Shown here in pieces: positions 28,752 to 37,699 of a stretch of 64,000 bases of DNA. A program made the position numbers and the translations under genes. Source of the DNA: Prevotellaceae bacterium UBA1716 (GTDB lineage: Bacteria; Bacteroidota; Bacteroidia; Bacteroidales; Bacteroidaceae). The DNA is taken from contig DCIW01000195.1 in the NCBI GenBank assembly GCA_002317225.1, positions 1,475 through 65,474 of the forward strand. The letters are read 5' to 3'. Every line of letters begins with the position of its first letter. Position 1 is the stretch's first letter. The notes beneath the pieces were generated by a model. The model saw nothing but the letters and a program-made list of their open reading frames with translations, was not told the DNA's origin and did no database searches.

Positions 28752-28759
28752 CAAAGGTA
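28752..28759 (-). promoter_or_regulatory. Candidate -7 box (TACCTTTG) for rplS
   Basis: It matches TAnnTTTG on the minus strand, about 85 nt upstream of the rplS ATG. No clear -33 element is present. Confidence 0.3.
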
Positions 28760-28837
28760 AGGAAAATTTGGCATTTAACACTTACCTTTTACTATTTTTT
28801 TGCAGCAAAGAGAGTAATTTATTGATTTAAAGGGCCA

Positions 28838-28874
28838 AAAACATTACAAATCGTTGTGATGATGTAACATTTTT
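28838..28874. promoter_or_regulatory. Imperfect inverted repeat, candidate operator upstream of the hexuronate genes
   Basis: The arms AAAACATTACA and TGTAACATTTT are separated by 15 nt (9 of 11 arm positions symmetric; core TTACA...TGTAA). Confidence 0.25.
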
Positions 28875-28918
28875 AGCAAATTTACTCCTTATTATATATA
28901 TAAGAGAGAAAAAATGCT

Positions 28919-28926
28919 TATCTTTG
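28919..28926 (+). promoter_or_regulatory. Candidate -7 box (TATCTTTG) for the uxuB-like/uxuA operon
   Basis: TAnnTTTG match 46 nt upstream of the ATG at 28972. Confidence 0.3.
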
Positions 28927-28971
28927 CAGTTGAAAAAACTTAACTATTTAACTAATTTAATATACATCAAC

Positions 28972-30558
28972 ATGAAACTTTCAGAAATTTCTTCAGGAAC
29001 ATTCAATGCGGCAGAATGGGAGGCTAAAGGATACGAGCTTCCAAAGTTTGATATTGCGGCTGTCCAGAAGAAGACTCACGACGAACCAACTTGGGTTCAC
29101 TTCGGAGGAGGTAATATCTTCCGTGCTTTTCCTGCAGCCATTCTTAATGACGCCCTCAATACAGGAAAATACGATAGAGGCGTAATCGTTGCCGAGACTT
29201 TCGACTACGAGGTTGTAGATAAGGCTTATACGCCTTACAATAACTTGTCACTCCTTGTCAGCCTTCAGTCGACTGGCACAATAGAGAAAAAGGTGATTGC
29301 TTCGGTGACCGAGGCTCTCAAGGCAGATTATCAGTTTGAAGACTGGAAGCGCCTTGTTGAAATCTTCCAGAACCCAACTCTCCAGATGATTTCGTTTACA
29401 ATCACTGAGAAGGGATACACATACAATGATGCAGACCTCGCTCGCGGTCTTACTCCTGTATTTGCAATGGGTAAGGTTACCGCACTTCTCCTTGAGCGTT
29501 ATAAGGCAGGTAAGTTGCCACTTACTGTCCAGAGTATGGACAACTGTTCGCACAATGGCGATAAAGTCAAGGCAGGTGTATTTGCATATGCAGAAAAGTG
29601 GGTTGCAGACGGACTTGTAGAAGAAGGTTTCCTTGCATATCTCAAGGACGAAAGCAAGATTACTTTCCCTTGGTCAATGATTGACAAGATCACTCCTCGC
29701 CCACACCAGAAGGTAAAGGAAATGCTTGCAGCAGACGGTTTTGAGGATAATGACTATATCGAAACAGAGAAGCACACTTTCACAGCCCCATTCGTGAATG
29801 CAGAGGAGGTTCAGTATCTTGTAATTGAAGACAACTATACTAACGGTCGTCCACCTATGGAACTTGGTGGCACACTCTACACAACTCGCGAAACAGTTGA
29901 CCAGGTTGAGACCATGAAGGTGACAACTTGTCTTAACCCACTCCATACAGCCATGTCGATCTACGGCGTGATGCTTGGCTACACTCTTATCTCTGCAGAG
30001 ATGGCAGACGAAGACCTTCGTCCATTCATCCAGAAGATTGGTTATATGGAAGCAATGCCTGTAGTAACAGATCCAGGTGTACTCAATCCTTACGAGTTCA
30101 TTGGTGACGTCATAAATAAACGTCTCCCTAATCCATTTATGCCAGATGCTCCACAGCGCATTTCAACTGACACATCACAGAAACTCCCTATCCGTTTCGG
30201 TGAGACTATCAAGAAGTATGTGGCTCGCGGTCTTGACATGAAGAATCTTGTTCTCATTCCACTCACATTGGCAGGCTATGCTCGTTTCTTGAAGGCACTT
30301 GATGACAATTTGGAACCATTCTCACCATCATCCGACCCTAAACTCGAAGAACTTATGGCAATCGTTGCCCCTCTTGAGATTGGTAAGCCAGAACAAGATT
30401 GGAGTCCGCTTAAGGAACTATACTCTCGTGCCGACATCTTTGGAACAAACCTGTACGAGGCTGGGCTTGGCGAGAAGATAGAAGGAATGGTGAAGGAATT
30501 GTTCGCTGGAAAGGGTGCAGTTCGCGAAACATTGCATAAATACACATTAAATAGATAA
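28972..30558 (+). CDS. Mannitol-dehydrogenase-family oxidoreductase (fructuronate/tagaturonate reductase-like)
   Basis: About 528 aa from the ATG at 28972 (MKLSEISSG...). It has the long-chain mannitol dehydrogenase layout (WVHFGGGNIFRAF Rossmann start) and lies 2 nt upstream of uxuA. Confidence 0.75.
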   Translation: MKLSEISSGTFNAAEWEAKGYELPKFDIAAVQKKTHDEPTWVHFGGGNIFRAFPAAILNDALNTGKYDRGVIVAETFDYEVVDKAYTPYNNLSLLVSLQSTGTIEKKVIASVTEALKADYQFEDWKRLVEIFQNPTLQMISFTITEKGYTYNDADLARGLTPVFAMGKVTALLLERYKAGKLPLTVQSMDNCSHNGDKVKAGVFAYAEKWVADGLVEEGFLAYLKDESKITFPWSMIDKITPRPHQKVKEMLAADGFEDNDYIETEKHTFTAPFVNAEEVQYLVIEDNYTNGRPPMELGGTLYTTRETVDQVETMKVTTCLNPLHTAMSIYGVMLGYTLISAEMADEDLRPFIQKIGYMEAMPVVTDPGVLNPYEFIGDVINKRLPNPFMPDAPQRISTDTSQKLPIRFGETIKKYVARGLDMKNLVLIPLTLAGYARFLKALDDNLEPFSPSSDPKLEELMAIVAPLEIGKPEQDWSPLKELYSRADIFGTNLYEAGLGEKIEGMVKELFAGKGAVRETLHKYTLNR

Positions 30559-30560
30559 AA

Positions 30561-31832
30561 ATGGAAAGAACTTGGCGTTGGTTTGGCAAGAAAGACAAGA
30601 TTACTCTTGCACAACTTAAGCAGATTGGTGTGGAGGGTATTGTTACCGCTTTGCACGATGTACCTCTGGGTGAGGTATGGACACGTGAGAAGATTCACGA
30701 GTTGAAGGAATATATCGAAAGCTACGGAATGAAGTGGAGTGTTGTGGAATCACTTCCTGTAGTTGAGACACTCAAATATGCAGGTCCAGATCGCGATCAT
30801 CAAATTGAAGTGTATAAGCAGAGTTTGAGAAATCTTGGCGAGGAAGGTATCAAGTGTATCTGTTATAACTTCATGCCTGTACTTGACTGGGCTCGTACTG
30901 ACCTCTCACATGACAATCCAAATGGAGCAAACAACCTCTATATGGATTGGGGACAGTTTGCATATTTCGACATTTATATCCTTAAGCGTGAAGGAGCGCG
31001 TGAGGATTGGGCAGAATTCTCAAAGGTTCACAAGTGGGGTCGCGACCTCGTTGCAGAAGCAGACAAAATTAAGGAAACAGCAACTCCTGAGTTCGATCAC
31101 GATATGGTTGAAAATATCATCATCAAGACTCAAGGCTTTGTTTCCGGTAATTTCAGCGAAGGCGACTCTGCACCTATTCAGAAGTTCCACGACTTGCTCC
31201 AGCTTTATGCAGGTATCGACAAGGCACAACTTCAGGAGAATATGAAGTACTGGCTCGAGGCAATCATGCCTATCTGCGACGAATACGATATCAATATGTG
31301 CGTTCACCCTGACGACCCACCTTATCCAGTATTTGGTCTTCCACGTATCATCGGTAGCCTTGAGGACATCCAATGGATGCTCGATGCAGTTCCAAACAAG
31401 CATAACGGATTGACATTCTGTGCAGGTTCATTCTCTGCAGGTGAGCATAACGACTGTGTTGCTATGGCAAAGCAGTTTGCAGATCGCACACACTTCGTCC
31501 ACCTTCGTTCATGCCACATTTTCCCAAACGGAAACTTTACTGAAGCATCACATCTTGGTGGTCGCGGTAACCTTATCGAACTCTGTCGCATTTTCGAACA
31601 AGCAGAAAAGGATGGCAAATGCAATAGCGGCCGTCGTTTGCCAATGCGTGTAGACCATGGCATGACATTCACAGACGAACCTGGTGGCGTATTCGACGAA
31701 TCAAACCATGGACACAATTCTGGCTACACTTTGCTTGGACGTATGTTTGCAATGGGTCAGATTCAAGGTGTATTAGCAACTGTTGACAAAGAATTAGGCA
31801 TAGAGTACAAGCAGCCAGGATTCTACGATTAA
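30561..31832 (+). CDS. uxuA: Mannonate dehydratase
   Basis: 423 aa. The N-terminus MERTWRWFG...D.ITL..LKQIGVEGIVTALH is characteristic of UxuA. Confidence 0.9.
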   Translation: MERTWRWFGKKDKITLAQLKQIGVEGIVTALHDVPLGEVWTREKIHELKEYIESYGMKWSVVESLPVVETLKYAGPDRDHQIEVYKQSLRNLGEEGIKCICYNFMPVLDWARTDLSHDNPNGANNLYMDWGQFAYFDIYILKREGAREDWAEFSKVHKWGRDLVAEADKIKETATPEFDHDMVENIIIKTQGFVSGNFSEGDSAPIQKFHDLLQLYAGIDKAQLQENMKYWLEAIMPICDEYDINMCVHPDDPPYPVFGLPRIIGSLEDIQWMLDAVPNKHNGLTFCAGSFSAGEHNDCVAMAKQFADRTHFVHLRSCHIFPNGNFTEASHLGGRGNLIELCRIFEQAEKDGKCNSGRRLPMRVDHGMTFTDEPGGVFDESNHGHNSGYTLLGRMFAMGQIQGVLATVDKELGIEYKQPGFYD

Positions 31833-31860
31833 CACATAACTCATCGAAATAAAAAAACAG

Positions 31861-31892
31861 AAAAAGCACCATCGAAAATGATGGTGCTTTTT
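31861..31892. terminator. Bidirectional intrinsic terminator between convergent uxuA and the 142 aa gene
   Basis: AAAAAGCACCATC-gaaaat-GATGGTGCTTTTT, a GC-containing stem flanked by an A-run and a T-run. Confidence 0.8.
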
Positions 31893-31926
31893 CTATCTTA
31901 TATAGAGAGAAAAAGAGTTGTAGAAA

Positions 31927-32355
31927 TTACTTCATTCCTTCCTTTACCTCACCCTGAAGCTTGCTTGCTTCCTTAGCAGCCTTATCAGCAGCGTTCTTAG
32001 TGTCAGCAGCTTTCTGAGCAGCTTTTTCGGCAGCCTTTTGTGCCTTTTCTGCCTTAGCAGCAGCCTTAATAGAAGCATCTACAGTCTTCTTCTTAGACTG
32101 AAGGTCCTTGAGTTCTGCCTTTTCATTTCTCAACTTGTCCTTGAGAGCAGACAAAGACACTGCTGGAGTACGACCAGCCTTCTCATCAAGCTTTGTCTGT
32201 TTCATTTCAATCTGAGTCTGCTTAATCTCAAGCTTAATGTTTTCGATCTTACTCTTATACATATCGCTCATTTCCTTCTCAGACTGAGCAAAAGAAACTG
32301 TAGCTGCACAGAACATTATTGCAGCAGCAAAAAATGACTTCATATTCATAATCAT
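31927..32355 (-). CDS. Secreted Lys/Ala-rich coiled-coil protein, unknown function
   Basis: 142 aa (start ambiguous among three Met). It has a signal peptide ending SFAQ, then low-complexity KAAAKAEKAQKAAEKAAQKAA. Confidence 0.4.
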   Translation of the reverse strand: MIMNMKSFFAAAIMFCAATVSFAQSEKEMSDMYKSKIENIKLEIKQTQIEMKQTKLDEKAGRTPAVSLSALKDKLRNEKAELKDLQSKKKTVDASIKAAAKAEKAQKAAEKAAQKAADTKNAADKAAKEASKLQGEVKEGMK

Positions 32356-32401
32356 CCTTATTTTTTTTGATTAATAATTCACGAATTGTGGTAAAACATT
32401 G

Positions 32402-32409
32402 CAAATATA
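32402..32409 (-). promoter_or_regulatory. Candidate -7 box (TATATTTG) for the 142 aa secreted protein gene
   Basis: TAnnTTTG match on the minus strand. A possible -33 TTTG lies 23 nt upstream. Confidence 0.3.
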
Positions 32410-32456
32410 AGTATTTTAGTTGTTACGACGAACAAAAAATGGGGGAAAAATGCATT

Positions 32457-33206
32457 TTATGAGAAAATTTCATGTAAAACGTCTATAGACTTGAGTCTTG
32501 GAAATGACGGAACATGCAACCTGTAATATAATTCCAACACTTCAAGAAAACGTGTACGCTGCTGGCGTGACAACTTCAAAAGATACATTGTAGAAAAGTC
32601 AAAACGGAAAAGTAATGGTAAGGCGGCCGACTCATCAATCGACAAAAAATGCCGATGTGATGGGATAGAATAAGTATAGGTGGAAGAGGCCAAATCAAAT
32701 AGTGGCTGTGATTGTCCATCAGTAACAGACTGTATTTCTATATTTGGCAATATTCCAATATAGCGTGTCAGTTTAAGAAGAAATATAAGATGGAAATTTG
32801 CAATCGATGACGAGTCCTTTACGCCATCAAGATACATTAAAGAAGTTTCTAAATAACGATACAAGGGAATATTCTGCTGTTCGTCGCGGAGAGAAGCAGA
32901 CAGGAACTCTGCCAGAAACAAGGAAATGGTCGATTTCATGGGATTGTATGGTATGTCAGAAAAAATGAAAATAAGGCGCACATCCTTAGTTTTAGGAACA
33001 AAGGTAGTATTAGGACGAATATCTGCATAAAATTCGACCATAGAAAGAGGCGACCAAAAAGCCATCTGACTACGTCCATGTACAGAATGCGATATAGTAG
33101 TCGCAAATGATTGTCTACCATGCGACAGAGTGAAAAGGTCGACAATCAACTTATTGTCAGAGAATTTTACCGTTCTAAGTACTATACCATTAATTTTTTC
33201 TAACAT
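32457..33206 (-). CDS. recO: DNA repair protein RecO
   Basis: About 249 aa from the internal ATG at 33206 (MLEKINGIVLRTVKFSDNKLIVDLFT...), an OB-fold start typical of RecO. The 21 upstream codons in the ORF track are a poly-Phe artefact of an AT-rich leader. Confidence 0.75.
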   Translation of the reverse strand: MLEKINGIVLRTVKFSDNKLIVDLFTLSHGRQSFATTISHSVHGRSQMAFWSPLSMVEFYADIRPNTTFVPKTKDVRLIFIFSDIPYNPMKSTISLFLAEFLSASLRDEQQNIPLYRYLETSLMYLDGVKDSSSIANFHLIFLLKLTRYIGILPNIEIQSVTDGQSQPLFDLASSTYTYSIPSHRHFLSIDESAALPLLFRFDFSTMYLLKLSRQQRTRFLEVLELYYRLHVPSFPRLKSIDVLHEIFS

Positions 33207-33347
33207 ATCGACTGCAAAAGTACAAAAAAACGAGACAAACACAAAAAAAAATGCAAAAAGTTTTGCCAATACAGAAAATCTCCTTACCTTTGCACTCGCA
33301 ATTAAGACAAATAGTCGAAATTGCCTAGCAAATTATGCTATAAGGCT

Positions 33348-33419
33348 GGTCCCTTCGTCTATCGGTTAGGACGAGAGATTTTCATTCTCTAAAGAGGAGT
33401 TCGACTCTCCTAGGGACTA
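33348..33419 (+). tRNA. tRNA-Glu (anticodon UUC)
   Basis: I hand-folded the cloverleaf. The acceptor is GGTCCCT/AGGGACT, the D arm GTCT-ATCGGTTA-GGAC and the anticodon arm AGAGA-TTTTCAT-TCTCT. The T arm is AGGAG-TTCGACT-CTCCT. CCA is not encoded. Confidence 0.9.
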
Positions 33420-33569
33420 CAAAAAAGTTAAGAGTTAAAAGTTTGAGCAATCTTTCTGAAACTTTCAACTTTTTCTTTTTCTATGGAGATGGGTGCGAGG
33501 TCTAAACGCCATACCACATCGGACTCCACAAACAATTATAATTAACAATTAATAATTAAAAGAAAAAAA

Positions 33570-33821
33570 ATGGCAAATCACAAGTCAACAATCAAGCGCA
33601 TTCGTCAGAACGAGCGCCGCAGACTCCACAACCGCTATTACGCTAAGACAATGCGTAACGCACTCCGTGACATCCGTAACACTAAGGACAAGGCAGAAGC
33701 TGAAGCACAGTTCCCTAAGCTCCAGAAGATGCTCGACAAACTTGCAAAGCAGAACATCATCCATTGGAAGAAGGCTGCAAACCTCAAGTCAGGTGTTGCT
33801 AAGCTCATTGCAAAGCTCTAA
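33570..33821 (+). CDS. rpsT: 30S ribosomal protein S20
   Basis: 83 aa with [23 protein letters not shown]..., typical of S20. Confidence 0.95.
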   Translation: MANHKSTIKRIRQNERRRLHNRYYAKTMRNALRDIRNTKDKAEAEAQFPKLQKMLDKLAKQNIIHWKKAANLKSGVAKLIAKL

Positions 33822-33850
33822 TACAGGGGTGCGCAAAGCATGATAAAAAC

Positions 33851-33886
33851 GGCTGGATTTCGAAAGAAATCCGGTCTTTTTATTTT
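33851..33886 (+). terminator. Intrinsic terminator after rpsT
   Basis: The stem CTGGATTTC / GAAATCCGG (one G-U pair) has a GAAA loop and is followed by TCTTTTTATTTTT. Confidence 0.7.
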
Positions 33887-33955
33887 TAAATAAAAAAAAG
33901 CATGTCGAAAGAGAAAAAAGATGTTGGATAATTTCGCCATATCAAAAAAAATCAC

Positions 33956-33963
33956 TAAATTTG
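33956..33963 (+). promoter_or_regulatory. Candidate -7 box (TAAATTTG) for gyrB
   Basis: TAnnTTTG match 32 nt upstream of the gyrB ATG. Confidence 0.3.
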
Positions 33964-33994
33964 TACCGAAATAAGAGCATTGCCAATTAGGTCA

Positions 33995-36001
33995 ATGTCC
34001 ACTACCAAAAAGAAGAATATATCAATGGATGAAACAATAAACAACGGAGAAAATTATTCCGCCAGTAATATCCAGGTGCTTGAAGGTCTTGAGGCCGTTC
34101 GCAAGCGTCCTGCGATGTATATCGGTGATATCAGTGAGAAAGGTTTGCATCACCTCGTTTACGAGACTGTAGACAACTCTATCGACGAAGCTTTGGCGGG
34201 ATATTGTACTCACATTGAAGTTACAATCAACGAAGATAACTCTATCACTGTCCAAGACAACGGACGTGGTATCCCTGTTGACATGCACGAGAAAGAGCAT
34301 CGTTCAGCCCTTGAGGTCGTAATGACCGTGCTCCACGCTGGTGGTAAGTTCGATAAGGGTTCATACAAGGTATCTGGTGGTCTGCACGGTGTTGGTGTAA
34401 GTTGTGTGAACGCACTTTCAACTCACATGACATCACAAGTATTCCGAGACGGGAAAATATACCAGCAGGAATACGAATGCGGAAAGCCGCTCTACAGCGT
34501 GAAGGTTGTAGGCGAGACAGAACTTCGTGGTACACGCCAGCAGTTCTGGCCAGACGGAAGCATTTTCATCACCACTACATACAAATACGACATCCTTGCA
34601 AACCGTATGCGTGAACTTGCTTATCTTAATGCAGGCATCACAATTACGCTTACAGATTTGCGTGAAGACGTTAACGCCGCTGCAGGCATTGAGGGCGTTC
34701 GCAAGGAGGTATTCTACAGCCAAGGTGGTTTGAAGGATTTCGTTCGTTACATCGACAGCACTCGTACTCACCTTTTTGATGATGTCATCTACATCAATAC
34801 TGAAAAGAACGAGACTCCTATTGAGTGTGCCATCATGTATAACACATCTTACGGTGAGAATCTTCATTCATACGTAAACAACATTAACACTATAGAAGGT
34901 GGTACTCACCTTCAAGGATTCCGTACTGCACTCACTCGTGTACTCAAGAAGTATGCAGATGACAATAAGATCACTGAAAAACTCGAGAAGCAGCATGTAG
35001 AGATTAGTGGTGAAGACTTCCGCGAAGGTCTTACTGCCGTTATCTCTGTAAAGGTTGCAGAACCACAGTTCGAAGGACAGACTAAGACCAAGCTTGGTAA
35101 CAGCGAAGTTGCCGGAGCCGTTCAACAAGCTGTTGGTGAGGCTCTCACATATTACCTTGAGGAACATCCAAAGGAGGCAAAGCTTATCGTAGACAAAGTT
35201 GTTCTTGCTGCAACTGCTCGTATCGCCGCTCGTAAGGCTCGCGAAAGCGTTCAGAGAAAGAATCCGATGACAGGTGGTGGTCTTCCTGGCAAACTTGCAG
35301 ACTGCTCTGATAAGGATGCAGCAAACTGCGAAATGTTTATTGTCGAGGGAGATTCTGCGGGTGGTTCTGCTAAGCAGGGTCGCGATCGTCACTATCAAGC
35401 TATTCTTCCTATTCGTGGTAAGATTTTCAATGTCGAGCGTGTTATGTGGCACAAGGCATTTGAACACGAAGAGGTAAACAATATCATTCAGGCACTTGGT
35501 GTTCGTTTTGGAACAAACCCTGAGGACAACAAAGAGGCAAACTACGATAAGCTTCGCTATTACAAAACTATCATCATGGCCGATGCCGATGTCGATGGTT
35601 CACATATCGGAACATTGTTGATGACTTTGTTCTTCAGATATATGCCACAACTTATTCGTGATGGACGTCTTTATATCGCAATGCCTCCATTGTACAAGTG
35701 TACTAAGGGCAAGGTTAGCGAATATTGCTACGATGAGAATGCAAAGGACCGATTTGTTACGCAGTATGGTAATGGTGAAGAAAGCCAAATTAAGATACAG
35801 CGATACAAAGGTCTTGGTGAGATGAACCCAGAACAATTGTGGGAAACAACTATGAACCCAGAGACTCGCCTCTTGAAACAAGTAACTATTGAGGATGCCG
35901 CTGAGGCAGACTACACATTCTCAATGTTGATGGGTGAAGACGTCGGTCCTCGTAGAGAGTTCATCGAAAGAAACGCTACATACGCTAATATTGATGCGTA
36001 A
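33995..36001 (+). CDS. gyrB: DNA gyrase subunit B
   Basis: GHKL ATPase, TOPRIM and tail motifs are present (YSASNIQVLEGLEAVRKRPAMYIGD, EGDSAGGSAKQGRDR, PLYK). The first ATG is at 33995; the track start at 33980 is a TTG. Confidence 0.97.
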   Translation: MSTTKKKNISMDETINNGENYSASNIQVLEGLEAVRKRPAMYIGDISEKGLHHLVYETVDNSIDEALAGYCTHIEVTINEDNSITVQDNGRGIPVDMHEKEHRSALEVVMTVLHAGGKFDKGSYKVSGGLHGVGVSCVNALSTHMTSQVFRDGKIYQQEYECGKPLYSVKVVGETELRGTRQQFWPDGSIFITTTYKYDILANRMRELAYLNAGITITLTDLREDVNAAAGIEGVRKEVFYSQGGLKDFVRYIDSTRTHLFDDVIYINTEKNETPIECAIMYNTSYGENLHSYVNNINTIEGGTHLQGFRTALTRVLKKYADDNKITEKLEKQHVEISGEDFREGLTAVISVKVAEPQFEGQTKTKLGNSEVAGAVQQAVGEALTYYLEEHPKEAKLIVDKVVLAATARIAARKARESVQRKNPMTGGGLPGKLADCSDKDAANCEMFIVEGDSAGGSAKQGRDRHYQAILPIRGKIFNVERVMWHKAFEHEEVNNIIQALGVRFGTNPEDNKEANYDKLRYYKTIIMADADVDGSHIGTLLMTLFFRYMPQLIRDGRLYIAMPPLYKCTKGKVSEYCYDENAKDRFVTQYGNGEESQIKIQRYKGLGEMNPEQLWETTMNPETRLLKQVTIEDAAEADYTFSMLMGEDVGPRREFIERNATYANIDA

Positions 36002-36069
36002 TTGACAACGGACTACGGACAGCAGACAACGGACAAATGTCTTAGGACTATGGCCTTATGTCTATGGAC
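36000..36069. repeat. Degenerate heptanucleotide tandem repeat (~10 units, consensus nAnGGAC)
   Basis: The units read aattgac aacggac tacggac agcagac aacggac aaatgtc ttaggac tatggcc ttatgtc tatggac. The array starts within the gyrB stop codon. Confidence 0.6.
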
Positions 36070-36111
36070 GTTAAAAGAAGAATATTTCATTCAATTCTTA
36101 CATATATTCTC

Positions 36112-36167
36112 GTGCCGACCAATGAGAAGTGATTTCTGACCGAGTTGGCACACAAGTTTTTTCTCCG
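36112..36167 (+). terminator. Possible terminator after gyrB
   Basis: GTGCCGAC (36112-36119) pairs with GTTGGCAC (36144-36151), including one G-U, and is followed by ACAAGTTTTTTCT. The interior is large (24 nt). Confidence 0.4.
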
Positions 36168-36180
36168 ACTAAGTTAGAAG

Positions 36181-36213
36181 AGAAAAAATAAGGGAACCGA
36201 GAAATCGGTTCCC
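36181..36213 (-). terminator. Intrinsic terminator after ftsZ
   Basis: GGGAACCGA-gaaa-TCGGTTCCC is a 9 bp stem. On the minus strand it is followed by TTATTTTTTCT. A second hairpin, CGTGGAG/CTCCACG at 36233-36252, precedes it. Confidence 0.75.
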
Positions 36214-36306
36214 TTTCTTGTTGTTATTGGGACGTGGAGGAGAAACTCCACGAACAGGGGCTGTTAGATGGGCAGAAGGGCATGAGCCTTTGCCTGCCAG
36301 GAGATC

Positions 36307-37608
36307 TTAGAAGGTGATAACTGAGAGATTATCGTTGCTGCTAGAGTCGTTGGCACGCTCATTGAACTGCTTGAGAGTCTCCTTTGAACGCTTATAGGTT
36401 GGAGAAGTCTCGACCATAGAGATGATATCTTCGTTGTCAAGATCGTCTTCGCGGAAGATGTAGCTGTATGTAGGGCGACGGATTGAGCGGTTCTTCTTGT
36501 CTGGTCCATAGATACGTTCACGACGATTTGCACGTTCTGCTGCCTCTTCGGCGAGTTCTGCTTCACGTTGCTGCTGTTCCTTATCACGAGCGATAAGACG
36601 ACTTCCAAGTTCGTCAGAATCGATATCCTCAACACCAAAACCAGTTGCAAGGACTGTAATCTTTACACGATCCTTGAGATCTGGGTCAACAGAAAGTCCC
36701 CACTTTACTTCAACATCTTCTGTCTTAATCTTCTCCATGAACTCATGAACCTCGTTCATTTCCTCCATCATAAGAACATCGCCATTCTCATTTGCAGGAC
36801 CTGCAATACGAAGGAGGATACGCTTTGAACGGTAAATATCATTGTTGTTGAGAAGAGGAGAATTAAGTGCATCGTTGATAGCTTCAGTAACACGACCTTC
36901 GCCTGAACCATAACCCGAACTCATGATTGCAACACCACCATCCTTGAGGACAGTAGACACATCGTTGAAGTCGAGGTTGATGATGCCATGCATGGTGATG
37001 ATTTCAGCAATCGACTTTGCTGCATTACAGAGTGTGTCATCAGCCTTTGCAAATGCATCGATGATAGACATTTGTTGATAGATTTCGCGAAGACGCTCGT
37101 TGTTGATTACGAGAAGGGCATCAACATTCTTGCTGATTTCCTCGACACCATCGAGAGCCTGATCAATCTTGCGGTTTCCTTCCCAACGGAATGGGATGGT
37201 TACAATACCAACGGTAAGAATGCCCATATCCTTTGCAGTCTTTGCAATGATAGGAGCAGCACCAGTACCAGTACCGCCACCCATACCAGCAGTCACAAAG
37301 ACCATACGAGTTCCATCGCTAAGCATACGCTTGATATCCTCGAGAGACTCTTCTGTAGCCTTGCGAGCGCGCTCAGGGCGGTTACCAGCACCAAGTCCTT
37401 CGGTACCGAGTTGAATCTTTTGTGGCACTGGAGAATCTTGAAGTGCCTTATTATCTGTATTACAAACCACGAAAGTGACATCGTGGATACCTTCATTGTA
37501 CATATGGTTGACGGCATTGCTACCACCGCCACCAACACCAATAACCTTAATAATGCTTGTAGGACCTTGATTAAAGTTGAAGATCATCTCGTCGTTAAGT
37601 TCTGGCAT
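36307..37608 (-). CDS. ftsZ: Cell division protein FtsZ
   Basis: 433 aa with the tubulin signature GGGTGTGAAP and NTD IKVIGVGGGGSNAVNHM. Confidence 0.97.
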   Translation of the reverse strand: MPELNDEMIFNFNQGPTSIIKVIGVGGGGSNAVNHMYNEGIHDVTFVVCNTDNKALQDSPVPQKIQLGTEGLGAGNRPERARKATEESLEDIKRMLSDGTRMVFVTAGMGGGTGTGAAPIIAKTAKDMGILTVGIVTIPFRWEGNRKIDQALDGVEEISKNVDALLVINNERLREIYQQMSIIDAFAKADDTLCNAAKSIAEIITMHGIINLDFNDVSTVLKDGGVAIMSSGYGSGEGRVTEAINDALNSPLLNNNDIYRSKRILLRIAGPANENGDVLMMEEMNEVHEFMEKIKTEDVEVKWGLSVDPDLKDRVKITVLATGFGVEDIDSDELGSRLIARDKEQQQREAELAEEAAERANRRERIYGPDKKNRSIRRPTYSYIFREDDLDNEDIISMVETSPTYKRSKETLKQFNERANDSSSNDNLSVITF

Positions 37609-37699
37609 ATATATGTTATTTTATAGATTACTAATGAAATTATTTGAAAGATTGGGATTATTAGTCAAAGCGAGTGACAAGTACCCAACAATGTGATTA

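Noticed and set aside
28670-28774. N-terminal extensions suggested by the ORF track for rplS (28774). The same applies to recO (33269), thrC (60020), the uxuB-like gene (28924) and gyrB (33980).
   Set aside because: Conserved protein sequence begins at internal ATGs (28669, 33206, 60056, 28972, 33995). The extensions are AT-rich or GC-repeat translations and contain promoter-like boxes or repeat elements.
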